Part shown: piece by piece, positions 19,656-31,411 of the stretch
Position numbering within the stretch: the stretch's first letter is position 1
Layout of the letters: each line of letters begins with the position of its first letter
Assembly (NCBI GenBank): GCA_023253175.1
Contig: JALRHH010000001.1
Location: forward strand, 24,130-88,129
Direction: 5' to 3'
Origin: Candidatus Saccharimonadia bacterium
GTDB taxonomy: Bacteria; Patescibacteriota; Saccharimonadia; Saccharimonadales; JALRHH01
Length of the DNA stretch: 64,000 nt
Notes under the pieces: model-generated
Database searches by the model: none
What the model was told of the DNA's origin: nothing
Seen by the model: the letters and a program-made list of their open reading frames with translations, nothing else
Position numbers and translations under genes: made by a program

Positions 19656-19811
19656 AGGCACCCTTTCTATTAGATAACGACTCATTTTAAGTACACTTCC
19701 ACAACTGCGTCCAGTTGTCTTATGCACAACACCTCATGTCGGGAGTTTATCAGACTAGGTGTGCTATTATATCCATTAGTCGCTAATGCTTATTACAGGA
19801 ATTATTTTTAG

Positions 19812-21449
19812 ATGAATAAAGTTGCTCATTATTTGCAGGAACACCTTATTGGTGAGGTTATGACTGCTGGGGATGCCCGTAAATATTTCTCAACTGATGC
19901 CAGTATTTTTACGATTCCACCAGCAATCGTGGTCTACCCCCGAAACGAAAATGATGTCCGTAAGGCTACTCGTTTTACATGGCAGCTTGCTGAACGTGGG
20001 CGTATTATCCCCATAACTGCTCGTGGTAGTGGAACTGATCAAAGTGGAGCCGCGATTGGGCCAGGTGTTATGATGGTGTTCCCGGCGCACATGAATCGAA
20101 TTCTAGAGTTTGACGGTAAGACAGGACTTGTTACGGTTGAGCCCGGTATCAATTACGCAAAGCTTCAGCAGACATTGCATACGCACAATCGATTTTTACC
20201 TCCATTTCCGGCTTCATTAGAATATTCGACAATTGGTGGCGCAATCGCCAACAACGCGTCAGGCGAGAAGAGTGTTAAATATGGTGATACGCGTACGTTC
20301 GTTGACTCACTGCGAGTTGTGCTCGCTAATGGTGAGGTAATTGAAACGAAACGCCTTAATAAGCGTGAACTTAGTAAAAAGTTAGGTCTTGCGACTTTTG
20401 AAGGTGAGATTTACCGAAATCTTGACACGCTTATTGATGAAAATAAGGCACTCCTTAAGAAGCTTGATCTTAAAACGACAAAGAACTCAGCTGGCTATGC
20501 ACTGCAAGAGGTACGCCGAAAGGATGGATCCTTTGATTTGACGCCGCTGATTGTCGGGTCTCAGGGTACGTTAGGTATCGTGACAGAGGCCACGCTTGGG
20601 ACCGAGGTCCATAGTCCTAATCAGACATTGATTGCAGCACTCATTGATGATCTCTCTGTGGCTGAGGAAGTTGTTGCTGAGCTGCGCAAGCTGCCGGAGA
20701 TGCCCAGTAGCATAGAAGTGGTGGATAAGAACCTATTAGAGTATGTTCAGACGCACAATCCAAACCAACTGAAGGGTATTTTAGCGACGCCATTCCCGCA
20801 GCTCGTAATGTTGATCGAGTTTGATAGTACGTCTGAGCGGACTCAGAAAAAGCTCGCGAAACGCGCGACGAAGATTTTAGATAGACATGAAGTAAGTTAT
20901 CAGCTTGAAACGGATGCGCAGAAACGCGACGAGTTATGGAAAATTCGCCACAGTGCGGCGGCGGTTATGGCACATTCCGATGATAAAACGCGCGCCTTGC
21001 CGATTATTGAAGACGGTGTAGTGCCGGTTGACCGATTTAAGGAATACATTGACGCTGTTTATGAACTGTTTAGTAAAAATGGTTTGCAGGCAGCTGTATG
21101 GGGTCATGCAGGTGACGCGAACCTACACGTCCAGCCATTTCTTGATCTTGGTCAGCTCGGTGATCGTCAAAAGATTTTTAAACTTCTCGATGAATACTAT
21201 GCAATGGTCATAAAACTTGGCGGTAGTACGAGCGGCGAACACAATGACGGGAGACTTCGCGGGCCGTATCTTGAAAAACTGTATGGTATTGAGGTGTACG
21301 ACTTGTTCCGTAAAGTGAAAGAAATATTTGATCCGTATTCAACGCTTAACAGTGGTGTGAAAATCGGTGTCACGATTAATGATATCAAGCCAATTTTACG
21401 AGAAGAGTATTCACTCGATCATCTATATGAACACATGCCACGATCATGA
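19812..21449 (+). CDS. FAD-linked oxidase (GlcD/D-lactate dehydrogenase-like, PCMH-type FAD-binding domain)
   Basis: N-terminal FAD-binding domain (PAIVVYPRNENDVRKATRF..; RGSGTDQSGAAIGPGVMMVF) plus a C-terminal FAD-oxidase_C domain with the GGSTSGEHNDGRLRG motif. Confidence 0.85.
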   Translation: MNKVAHYLQEHLIGEVMTAGDARKYFSTDASIFTIPPAIVVYPRNENDVRKATRFTWQLAERGRIIPITARGSGTDQSGAAIGPGVMMVFPAHMNRILEFDGKTGLVTVEPGINYAKLQQTLHTHNRFLPPFPASLEYSTIGGAIANNASGEKSVKYGDTRTFVDSLRVVLANGEVIETKRLNKRELSKKLGLATFEGEIYRNLDTLIDENKALLKKLDLKTTKNSAGYALQEVRRKDGSFDLTPLIVGSQGTLGIVTEATLGTEVHSPNQTLIAALIDDLSVAEEVVAELRKLPEMPSSIEVVDKNLLEYVQTHNPNQLKGILATPFPQLVMLIEFDSTSERTQKKLAKRATKILDRHEVSYQLETDAQKRDELWKIRHSAAAVMAHSDDKTRALPIIEDGVVPVDRFKEYIDAVYELFSKNGLQAAVWGHAGDANLHVQPFLDLGQLGDRQKIFKLLDEYYAMVIKLGGSTSGEHNDGRLRGPYLEKLYGIEVYDLFRKVKEIFDPYSTLNSGVKIGVTINDIKPILREEYSLDHLYEHMPRS

Positions 21450-21718
21450 GCAGCGAACTTTTTTATAATATTGTCGGTATTCTTGGTGCGTCATTAATTT
21501 TACTTGGATTTTACAGGACCAGTATCGGAAAGTGGGAAAATAAATCCTTTGTATACGAGCTAGATAATCTTGTTGGTGCATCACTACTCATTATCTATCA
21601 GCTTCATTTGCAGGCCTATATTAGTGTTACACTGAACATTATCTGGGCATTTGTAGCATTTAGGGGCATCACATCCTTTGCACAGCGCTATTCGTTTGCA
21701 AAGAAAAAGCGGCGATAG
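21446..21718 (+). CDS. Small hypothetical membrane protein (90 aa), ATGA overlap with upstream gene
   Basis: Three hydrophobic segments and a basic C-terminus (KKKRR). No known motif. Confidence 0.4.
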   Translation: MSSELFYNIVGILGASLILLGFYRTSIGKWENKSFVYELDNLVGASLLIIYQLHLQAYISVTLNIIWAFVAFRGITSFAQRYSFAKKKRR

Positions 21719-21771
21719 GGTCTTGTGTTTTCTCTGTAAAATGCTAATATATCAAGGTTCATTAAAAATAT

Positions 21772-21856
21772 GCGGACGTGGTGAAATTGGTATACACGCT
21801 ACCTTGAGGTGGTAGTGCCGCAAGGTGTGGAGGTTCAAGTCCTCTCGTCCGCACCA
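21772..21856 (+). tRNA. tRNA-Leu (anticodon GAG), class II, CCA encoded
   Basis: Acceptor GCGGACG/CGTCCGC, anticodon arm CTACC-TTGAGGT-GGTAG, long variable arm, T-arm GGAGGTTCAAGTCCTC. Confidence 0.9.
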
Positions 21857-21862
21857 GAGTAT

Positions 21863-21939
21863 GGGTGATTAGCTCAGTTGGCTAGAGCACCTCGTTTACA
21901 CCGAGGGGGTCGGGGGTTCGAATCCCTCATCACCCACCA
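21863..21939 (+). tRNA. tRNA-Val (anticodon TAC), CCA encoded
   Basis: Acceptor GGGTGAT/ATCACCC, D-arm TAGCTCAGTTGGCTAGAGC, anticodon arm CCTCG-TTTACAC-CGAGG, T-arm GGGGGTTCGAATCCCTC. Confidence 0.9.
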
Positions 21940-21945
21940 TAATAA

Positions 21946-21972
21946 GAAGGTCCTTTTCGGGGCCTTTTTATT
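21946..21972. terminator. Intrinsic terminator after the tRNA-Leu/tRNA-Val pair
   Basis: Hairpin AAGGTCC-TTTTCG-GGGCCTT followed by TTTATT. Confidence 0.55.
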
Positions 21973-22050
21973 ATGGCTTACAGAATCGTTAAATACCTAA
22001 CTACATAGTAGGAAGCAGTTTGCGATACTGTATCCGAAGAAAGGGGAGTC

Positions 22051-22416
22051 ATGAATCCACAAGATTTGCTGAAACAAGCTGCGAATAACCTGCGGCAAGC
22101 TGCTCAGGCGAGACAACAAGAAGTAAACGAATTGCAGAATACTTTGACGCAGCGTTTAAAGGACCAGGAAGCGCAGTTAAATGATCTTAAGCAGCAAGAG
22201 GCGCAAAGGCTTACGGAAGCTGCAGAGGCAGATGATGACAGAACGACGGCCAATAGGAACCAGGAAGCCCGAATGTTACGTAGCCAAGAGTCCCAAGTCA
22301 AAAGTACCCATGATCAAATGAAGCGTGACACTGATCAGCTTATAAAAATGAAACGTCAAAACGTTGATGACATCAATCGGGTGCTTCAAAGTGTAGAGCA
22401 GTGGTCGCAGATGTGA
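22051..22416 (+). CDS. Hypothetical Q/E-rich coiled-coil protein (121 aa)
   Basis: Intact ORF with a GAAAGGGGAG RBS. The composition is heptad-like and rich in Q, E, R and L. Confidence 0.5.
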   Translation: MNPQDLLKQAANNLRQAAQARQQEVNELQNTLTQRLKDQEAQLNDLKQQEAQRLTEAAEADDDRTTANRNQEARMLRSQESQVKSTHDQMKRDTDQLIKMKRQNVDDINRVLQSVEQWSQM

Positions 22417-22423
22417 TGACCCT

Positions 22424-22452
22424 TGATGGAATAGGGATTTTAAGGTAAAATT
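22424..22452 (+). promoter_or_regulatory. Candidate promoter for tRNA-Phe (TTGATG-17-TAAAAT)
   Basis: Hexamers at 22424-22429 and 22447-22452, about 18 nt upstream of the tRNA 5' end. Confidence 0.3.
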
Positions 22453-22470
22453 GCTCGGTCAACTAGTAGC

Positions 22471-22546
22471 GGCTCTTTAGCTCAGTTGGTAGAGCATCGG
22501 ATTGAAGCTCCGTGTGTCCCCAGTTCGAGTCTGGGAGGAGCCACCA
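22471..22546 (+). tRNA. tRNA-Phe (anticodon GAA), CCA encoded
   Basis: Acceptor GGCTCTT/AGGAGCC (one G-U pair), D-arm TAGCTCAGTTGGTAGAGC, anticodon loop TTGAAGC, T-arm CCCAGTTCGAGTCTGGG. Confidence 0.85.
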
Positions 22547-22583
22547 AGAAAAAAGCCTCAGCCAAAGCTGAGGCTTTTTTCTT
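22547..22583. terminator. Strong bidirectional intrinsic terminator
   Basis: Perfect 8-bp stem GCCTCAGC-CAAA-GCTGAGGC flanked by A8 and T6. Confidence 0.75.
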
Positions 22584-22704
22584 GGTTGTTTCCGGGAACT
22601 ATATTAGCGCTTAACTTTGTCTTACGAACAGCCTTGTTAAATATGTCACAGTAGACAATACTGAGAGGGATTACTATACGTTACAAATTACCCGAAGGAT
22701 TGTT

Positions 22705-24096
22705 ATGCAGAATATATACCAAAGAATAAAAAACGTGCTACAGAGCCATAGGAAATTGATTAGCTTTGGCACCATTGGCGTAGCCTTAGTAGCCGGTGTG
22801 CTAATTATGCTGTTTGATAATAGAACAGACGAAGTAGACAACGCGCCCCCTAAACCTACCTTCCAGAATTATCTAAAGCCAGCCGGAGAGATTAAGGTTG
22901 GTAGTAATCGCTATGTGAGTGCCTGTCAGGTGCTAAACCCAGATGATGTTAAGTCTATATTTAACAGTATGGGCGAAGACGGATATATAAGAGAAGACTA
23001 TTATGATACAAGTCCTACCCCAACAGATACATTGGATAGCGGAATTGAGACAAATTGTTATTACATGGGCGAAAATGATAATAATATCTCTCTGAAGACC
23101 GAACAGTCCTTTGAAGCCCTGAACACTAGAAACCTAAGATCTATTGTCTATTCATTTGGAGAGGACAAGATAGCGGATAAAATCAAACTGTATGAAAAAG
23201 CGACTGCTAATAGTAATGATAGCGGTTTAAAACAGTTTATTGCGACCCTAAAGCAGTCAGCAGAAATTTACGATAAACATAGGTCATATGATTCCCGTGA
23301 ACAGGCTGATCTGAGTAATTTCGTCATCCCGATTGATAGGGGACTATTCTCGTTTAATCTTGTGCAGGATAACGCAGTCTATAAGTTTGACTACACAATA
23401 AAAGATGCTGGTGAGGATGAATTTAACCTTTCTGACCAAGAAATAGAAGCAAGACTTAAAAAATCTGCAAAAGCTATCAAGGTGATTCAGCAAAGAATTG
23501 CTGACACCCATCTCGACCAGTCACCTACTCCAACAATTTTAGGCGACACAGAGAAGGTTGGTACTACGAAGGTGCTAGAACCCTGTGCAATCTTAACTGC
23601 GCAGCTATACCAATCTGTCATTGGTTCGCCAGCAAATGATGCAACCACTCGAATGACAGTCAACCCCGATATTACGAAAGAACGGTTTGCTACGGCAACC
23701 GGTGAGCCACGATATCCGTATAATCAGTGTCGCCGAGATGGTGGAGTCGGTGATATCTTTAAGGGCTCAGCACGCGTCTCAACAATTGTTACTTTAGATT
23801 TGAATTACAATCCATCTTCAGAAGGCTTACAGGCAAAGCTTGATAAAGGTTTTAAGTTTAATGGTAATGACAAGCTGCTTCAGACAAATGCTGATTGGGC
23901 TGCGCACATGAACGTAGATGCTGAAGCAGGCGGGTATATTAAATTCCGAGTCGGCGCTTATTCTGGTTCAATAGATATACATCGTCTTACTACCCAGGGA
24001 TTTTTGGGTAAACAAATATCAACAGGTGGTACAGAGCAGCAATATCTGCAACTTGTAAATGCGGTAGCAGATTACATCAAGCAACAAGCCAAGTAG
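22705..24096 (+). CDS. Hypothetical membrane-anchored extracytoplasmic protein (463 aa)
   Basis: N-terminal TM anchor (LISFGTIGVALVAGVLIMLF) followed by a large hydrophilic domain. No recognisable catalytic motif. Confidence 0.55.
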   Translation: MQNIYQRIKNVLQSHRKLISFGTIGVALVAGVLIMLFDNRTDEVDNAPPKPTFQNYLKPAGEIKVGSNRYVSACQVLNPDDVKSIFNSMGEDGYIREDYYDTSPTPTDTLDSGIETNCYYMGENDNNISLKTEQSFEALNTRNLRSIVYSFGEDKIADKIKLYEKATANSNDSGLKQFIATLKQSAEIYDKHRSYDSREQADLSNFVIPIDRGLFSFNLVQDNAVYKFDYTIKDAGEDEFNLSDQEIEARLKKSAKAIKVIQQRIADTHLDQSPTPTILGDTEKVGTTKVLEPCAILTAQLYQSVIGSPANDATTRMTVNPDITKERFATATGEPRYPYNQCRRDGGVGDIFKGSARVSTIVTLDLNYNPSSEGLQAKLDKGFKFNGNDKLLQTNADWAAHMNVDAEAGGYIKFRVGAYSGSIDIHRLTTQGFLGKQISTGGTEQQYLQLVNAVADYIKQQAK

Positions 24097-24113
24097 TAGC
24101 TGTACTTATTTAC

Positions 24114-24142
24114 TTGCAAAATTTCAATCTGTTATTTATAAT
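24114..24142 (+). promoter_or_regulatory. Sigma70-like promoter for tRNA-Gly: TTGCAA-17-TATAAT
   Basis: -35 at 24114-24119, a 17-nt spacer, and a consensus -10 at 24137-24142. The tRNA starts 13 nt downstream. Confidence 0.55.
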
Positions 24143-24154
24143 TTTGCGAGTTAA

Positions 24155-24230
24155 GCGAGACTAGCTCAGTTGATAGAGCGCTTCCTTGCCAAGGAAGAGG
24201 CCAGGGGTTTGAGTCCCCTGTCTCGCACCA
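24155..24230 (+). tRNA. tRNA-Gly (anticodon GCC), CCA encoded
   Basis: Acceptor GCGAGAC/GTCTCGC, anticodon arm CTTCC-TTGCCAA-GGAAG, T-arm AGGGGTTTGAGTCCCCT. Confidence 0.9.
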
Positions 24231-24279
24231 AATTGCACTTTGGAGTCCATTCTGGGCTCTTTTTAGTTGGTGTTACTTG

Positions 24280-24924
24280 CTACTTGGCTCTCAGCAATGA
24301 CTGGCCTTTATGGTTTACTAAAATATGTGTATTAAGATATGTAATTACAGGCTTAAAACTATTTTGAACCTCATTGAAAAATGGCTCAGCATTAATGTCT
24401 TCAGTGGCACCTACAATTCGCTGGAACTCGGACAAGAATAACTCTCTTATAGCAGGAGATTCAATTGGGTCGTGGCTTTTCTGATCCTCTCTCGCTAGAC
24501 GGGAGTAGGTGTCATTGAGGTGTGTGTTGTAATACTCGTAGGTTCGAGCCGAAAAACCATCCTCCATAGAGAAATCACAGACACTTGTAGTAAGTGGCTT
24601 CATGGTAATCTGTCCGGCTGCACGATACCCATAACGTGCTTCAATTTCGTGGTAGAGGAATGAATGGAGTGTGTGCCGTACAAGCATCCGAATGCAGTCA
24701 GGCTCAGTGGAGTGGAGTGCTTGTTCTAGGGTGGCCGCCGAGCTTGCACTATAATGTGCTGCGAGTTTCATCATAGAAGTATCTACTGCTTTTGCTTGCC
24801 GAACCATAAGCATGACTAAATCGGCTTCCATTACCTTTGGGTGGATTTTATGCTTGCGTTTGAATAAACCCATGCAATTATTATATATCACGGAATATGA
24901 GTACTTTTTGATGTAAGTTGTCAT
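24280..24924 (-). CDS. Hypothetical protein (up to 214 aa; start uncertain)
   Basis: Long intact ORF transcribed divergently from the 25103 gene. No motif recognised. Confidence 0.4.
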   Translation of the reverse strand: MTTYIKKYSYSVIYNNCMGLFKRKHKIHPKVMEADLVMLMVRQAKAVDTSMMKLAAHYSASSAATLEQALHSTEPDCIRMLVRHTLHSFLYHEIEARYGYRAAGQITMKPLTTSVCDFSMEDGFSARTYEYYNTHLNDTYSRLAREDQKSHDPIESPAIRELFLSEFQRIVGATEDINAEPFFNEVQNSFKPVITYLNTHILVNHKGQSLLRAK

Positions 24925-25102
24925 AGTTTCATGAATGACAAGTCCCGTAAATGCACCTTGCTTACGCAGAACTTACAGCCGACAAATAATAATTTCTGTA
25001 AGGTATTTAGCGGCACCAGTCCATGTATACTGCTATATTTTTGTGTGATGTCGCGCCGATCGCAGACATGCTTCGATATTAAGGCCACTCAAAGGGAATA
25101 TA

Positions 25103-25648
25103 ATGACGATACACTTTGAACTCATTAGAGGCGAGGCTCATACAGATGAGATGAGCCAACGAATAGCGCAGTTATCCATAAGAGCTGCTGAGTTCCTGGG
25201 CGGTCTTGCTAAGAACTATATGCCGAAGAGTTCCGCTGATCTCGTTGAGGAGCGTATACAAAATTTTCCAGTTGATGAAGTAGAGCAGGCAGAAAAGGCC
25301 ATAAAGGCCAGCGGCAGGGCATTGAATGATGCGATTGCATTAGCAGCCGCTGCTCAGCTGTTAGATAGCAAGAAAGAGGCTGAGAAATCTGCTGAAAAAA
25401 GGCATGAAGCCAAAATTTTTCGTAATATTGGCTATGGGATGATGAAACGAGCGGTTATTAGAGCGGCAACAGATGCAGAGTATGTGGGACGAGTGCCAGT
25501 TACTGTTATTAAAGAAGCGGTCGAAAGATCTATAGATCTCGGGGCTGACCCTAATCTGCAGGGATTTATGACAGCCGATGAGGTAGAGCAATTCAGCAAG
25601 GTTTACGAGAGGATCGATAAAATTACTGTATTGCCAGCAGCAAAATAG
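25103..25648 (+). CDS. Hypothetical protein (181 aa), Ala/Glu-rich
   Basis: Intact ORF with RBS-like AAAGGGAA upstream. No motif recognised. Confidence 0.5.
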   Translation: MTIHFELIRGEAHTDEMSQRIAQLSIRAAEFLGGLAKNYMPKSSADLVEERIQNFPVDEVEQAEKAIKASGRALNDAIALAAAAQLLDSKKEAEKSAEKRHEAKIFRNIGYGMMKRAVIRAATDAEYVGRVPVTVIKEAVERSIDLGADPNLQGFMTADEVEQFSKVYERIDKITVLPAAK

Positions 25649-25685
25649 GCTATAATCACACGGTACCTCATGGTATTACCTGTAA

Positions 25686-25759
25686 GGCGCCTTGGCCGAG
25701 AAGTTAGGCAACGGTCTGCAAAACCGTGTAGACGGGAGCGTTACCCGTAGGTGCCTCCA
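25686..25759 (+). tRNA. tRNA-Cys (anticodon GCA) with atypical T-loop, CCA encoded
   Basis: Acceptor GGCGCCT/AGGTGCC (one G-U pair), discriminator U73 (the Cys identity element), anticodon arm ACGGT-CTGCAAA-ACCGT, a 4-nt variable loop, and T-arm ACGGG-AGCGTTA-CCCGT (non-canonical T-loop). Confidence 0.7.
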
Positions 25760-25847
25760 TTTTTCTTTAGGGAAAAGAGCAGCTGGAGACGCGGATTTAC
25801 TCCGCGCCCCGAGCGATGAAAAAACCATAGGTTTATCTCATCACCTA

Positions 25848-25935
25848 GGGCGAGTGGCGGAATTGGTATACGCGGTGGACTTAAAATCCGCTGGTTGAAC
25901 AAACCTTGAGGGTTCAAGTCCCTCCTCGCCCACCA
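25848..25935 (+). tRNA. tRNA-Leu (anticodon TAA), class II, CCA encoded
   Basis: Acceptor GGGCGAG/CTCGCCC, anticodon arm GTGGA-CTTAAAA-TCCGC, long variable arm, T-arm GAGGGTTCAAGTCCCTC. Confidence 0.9.
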
Positions 25936-25940
25936 CTGAA

Positions 25941-25966
25941 TGAACTCCCGAAAGGGAGTTTTTTCT
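25941..25966. terminator. Intrinsic terminator after the tRNA-Cys/tRNA-Leu pair
   Basis: AACTCCC-GAAA-GGGAGTT followed by TTTTTCTATTT. Confidence 0.7.
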
Positions 25967-26059
25967 ATTTAGTGAACCGACTATTTTTATGTATAAATAC
26001 TGCTCTGCTTCGCTGGAAATGGTATAATAATAGGTACAAATGAATAGGAGAATTCTGAA

Positions 26060-26614
26060 ATGGGTCTATTAATTACTCTTGGTGTTGTCGTTGTCCTAGT
26101 GATTGCACTCGTTGCACTATATAACGGTTTAGTTCGTGCAAAAGTTCGTGTTGATGAAGCGTGGAGTGATATTACGGTTCAGCTTAAGAGGCGCCTTGAT
26201 TTAATTCCTAACCTGATTGAATCAGTTAAGGGTTATGCAAAGCACGAAAGTGAAGTTTTCCAGAATGTTACCGAAGCACGTGCTAACGCTTTGAACGCAC
26301 AAGGTGTCAAAGAAACTGCTCAGGCGGAAAACCAATTCGAACAAGCGCTTAAAAGTCTGTTCGCTGTATCAGAGGCATACCCACAGCTCCGTGCAACAGA
26401 AAACTTTCAGCAGCTTCAGGCTGAACTTGTTGATACTGAGGACAAGATTCAAGCAGCTCGCCGATTCTACAACGGTTCAGCGCGTGATCTGAACATCAAG
26501 ATCAAAACCTTCCCAAACATTTTGTTTGCTGGACCTCTTGGATTCAAGGAGCGGGAATTCTTCGAAGTTGAAGATATGGCTGCGGTTGAGAAGCCGGTTG
26601 AAGTTAAATTTTAG
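26060..26614 (+). CDS. lemA: LemA family protein
   Basis: N-terminal TM helix followed by the LemA coiled-coil domain (YNGLVRAKVRVDEAWSDITVQLKRRLDLIPNLIE...). Confidence 0.85.
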   Translation: MGLLITLGVVVVLVIALVALYNGLVRAKVRVDEAWSDITVQLKRRLDLIPNLIESVKGYAKHESEVFQNVTEARANALNAQGVKETAQAENQFEQALKSLFAVSEAYPQLRATENFQQLQAELVDTEDKIQAARRFYNGSARDLNIKIKTFPNILFAGPLGFKEREFFEVEDMAAVEKPVEVKF

Positions 26615-26623
26615 GAGACAATA

Positions 26624-27508
26624 GTGTATTCGGAAATTGCCGCTAATAAGCGCAAGACCTTTTTTATCTTTGTGGGATTTCTGGTTTTTGTCTTTGGTTT
26701 ATCATGGATTGCAGGCGCCTTTATGACCGGTGGTGATGGCTATACACCCGTCATAACTATAGGATTTTTTGTCGGTTCAATTATTTACGCGCTTATTACG
26801 TATTTTGGTGGTGCAAAGCTCGCTACCGCAGTAAATGGCGCCCGTGAAATTGAGAAAAGAGACAATCCCCGTCTCTATCGTACTGTAGAGAACTTGGCTA
26901 TCACGGAAGGAATGCCGATGCCAAAAGTTTATATCATGGACGATCCTGCGTTGAATGCATTTGCAACGGGCCGTGACCCTAAGCATGCCATCGTCTGTGC
27001 TACAACGGGAATATTGGACGCTTTGAATGACCAGGAGCTTGAAGGGGTTATGGCGCATGAACTAGGTCACGTTAAGAATTATGACATTCGTGTTTCAATG
27101 TTCGCATTCGGACTTGTGTCTGTGGTTTCTCTCATTGCGGATCTTATCCTACATTTTGCATTTTTCTCTGATGATGACAATAAAAATCCTCTTGTTTATG
27201 TGCTTGGTTTCGTTGCTGCACTTATCGCACCTCTGGCTGCTTCATTCATACAGCTAGCGATATCAAGGCGCAGAGAGTACTTGGCTGATGCCACGGGCGC
27301 CTTAACTACGCGCTATCCAGAAGGTCTCGCGAGTGCTCTGGAAAAGATTAGCCAGCAGGGCAGTGCAACACGTCGTGCCAATAGCTCAACTGCGCACCTA
27401 TTCTTTGCAAACCCCCTAAAAGGTGGCTCTATAGCTGGGCTATTTAGTACACACCCGCCAATTGAAGAGCGAATCGCCCGTCTGCGAAAAATGGGCGACG
27501 CAGCTTAG
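26624..27508 (+). CDS. htpX: Zinc metalloprotease HtpX (M48 family)
   Basis: HELGHV zinc-binding motif and M48 topology. GTG start 5 nt after an AGGAG RBS. The conserved LemA-HtpX gene pair is present. Confidence 0.85.
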   Translation: MYSEIAANKRKTFFIFVGFLVFVFGLSWIAGAFMTGGDGYTPVITIGFFVGSIIYALITYFGGAKLATAVNGAREIEKRDNPRLYRTVENLAITEGMPMPKVYIMDDPALNAFATGRDPKHAIVCATTGILDALNDQELEGVMAHELGHVKNYDIRVSMFAFGLVSVVSLIADLILHFAFFSDDDNKNPLVYVLGFVAALIAPLAASFIQLAISRRREYLADATGALTTRYPEGLASALEKISQQGSATRRANSSTAHLFFANPLKGGSIAGLFSTHPPIEERIARLRKMGDAA

Positions 27509-27527
27509 ATAGGAGGAAACAAGATCA

Positions 27528-30921
<3,394 letters not shown>

Positions 30922-31102
30922 TCCTTGACGTTGCATGCATCAGGCATTATGCTTAAGGTAATCGTGCGCAATTGCGGCGAAATAAACACTTCAAAATAAA
31001 AAGCGTTCACCCGCCGCAGGGTGGGCGCGCACGAAATAAAACCATCTGTTAATCGGGTGGTTTTATGTTTGTTAGTGGCATGCTACAATCATCAGGTATT
31101 TC

Positions 31103-31179
31103 GGGGCATTGGCGCAGTTGGCTAGCGCGCTTCCATGGCATGGAAGAGGTCAAGGGTTCGAATCCCTTATGCTCCACCA
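31103..31179 (+). tRNA. tRNA-Ala (anticodon GGC), CCA encoded
   Basis: Acceptor GGGGCAT/ATGCTCC with the G3:U70 wobble (the Ala identity pair), anticodon arm CTTCC-ATGGCAT-GGAAG, T-arm AAGGGTTCGAATCCCTT. Preceded by an extended -10 TGCTACAAT at 31082-31090. Confidence 0.9.
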
Positions 31180-31185
31180 TATAAA
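31161..31185 (+). repeat. Direct repeat copy 1 (tRNA-Ala 3' end: AATCCCTTATGCTCCACCATATAAA)
   Basis: Covers the T-arm 3' half, acceptor 3' strand, CCA and 6 nt of flank. It is repeated at 31315-31339 with one mismatch. Confidence 0.8.
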
Positions 31186-31314
31186 ATGCCTCGGCCTTGG
31201 TCGGGGTATTTTATATGATTGAAGTTATGAGAACCCGCAAGGCAAAGCCTGGGTTCGATAGCAAGGAGCTCACGCAGGTGCTCGCACCGAGTAAGTGACG
31301 CAGGTATATAGAAT

Positions 31315-31339
31315 AATCCTTTATGCTCCACCATATAAA
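31315..31339 (+). repeat. Direct repeat copy 2 (AATCCTTTATGCTCCACCATATAAA), partial tRNA-Ala 3' end followed by a terminator
   Basis: 24 of 25 nt are identical to 31161-31185. This copy lacks the 5' part of the tRNA. Candidate attR-like scar. Confidence 0.75.
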
Positions 31340-31340
31340 G

Positions 31341-31366
31341 AATCCATCGAAAGATGGGTTTTTTGT
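31341..31366. terminator. Intrinsic terminator immediately after repeat copy 2
   Basis: CCATC-GAAA-GATGG followed by TTTTTTGTTT. Confidence 0.65.
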
Positions 31367-31411
31367 TTGCTTCAAATTGCACCGTTGGCGAGAATAAGGT
31401 TTAATACCTGT

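Noticed and set aside
25631-25656. TTGCCA(14 nt)TATAAT promoter-like element upstream of tRNA-Cys
   Set aside because: The -10 is consensus but the spacer is only 14 nt and the -35 lies inside the upstream CDS, so it is too weak to list as a feature. It may still drive the tRNA pair.
25692-25898. 68-aa ORF (MAEKLGNGLQ...) in the six-frame track
   Set aside because: It lies entirely across tRNA-Cys, the inter-tRNA spacer and the 5' half of tRNA-Leu(TAA). It has no RBS and is an artefact of an RNA-gene region.
31167-31382. 71-aa minus-strand ORF, and the 5' extension (31295-31411) of the plus-strand ORF
   Set aside because: Both run through the tRNA-Ala 3' end, the direct repeat or the intrinsic terminator. 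The plus-strand gene is better started at the ATG at 31412.
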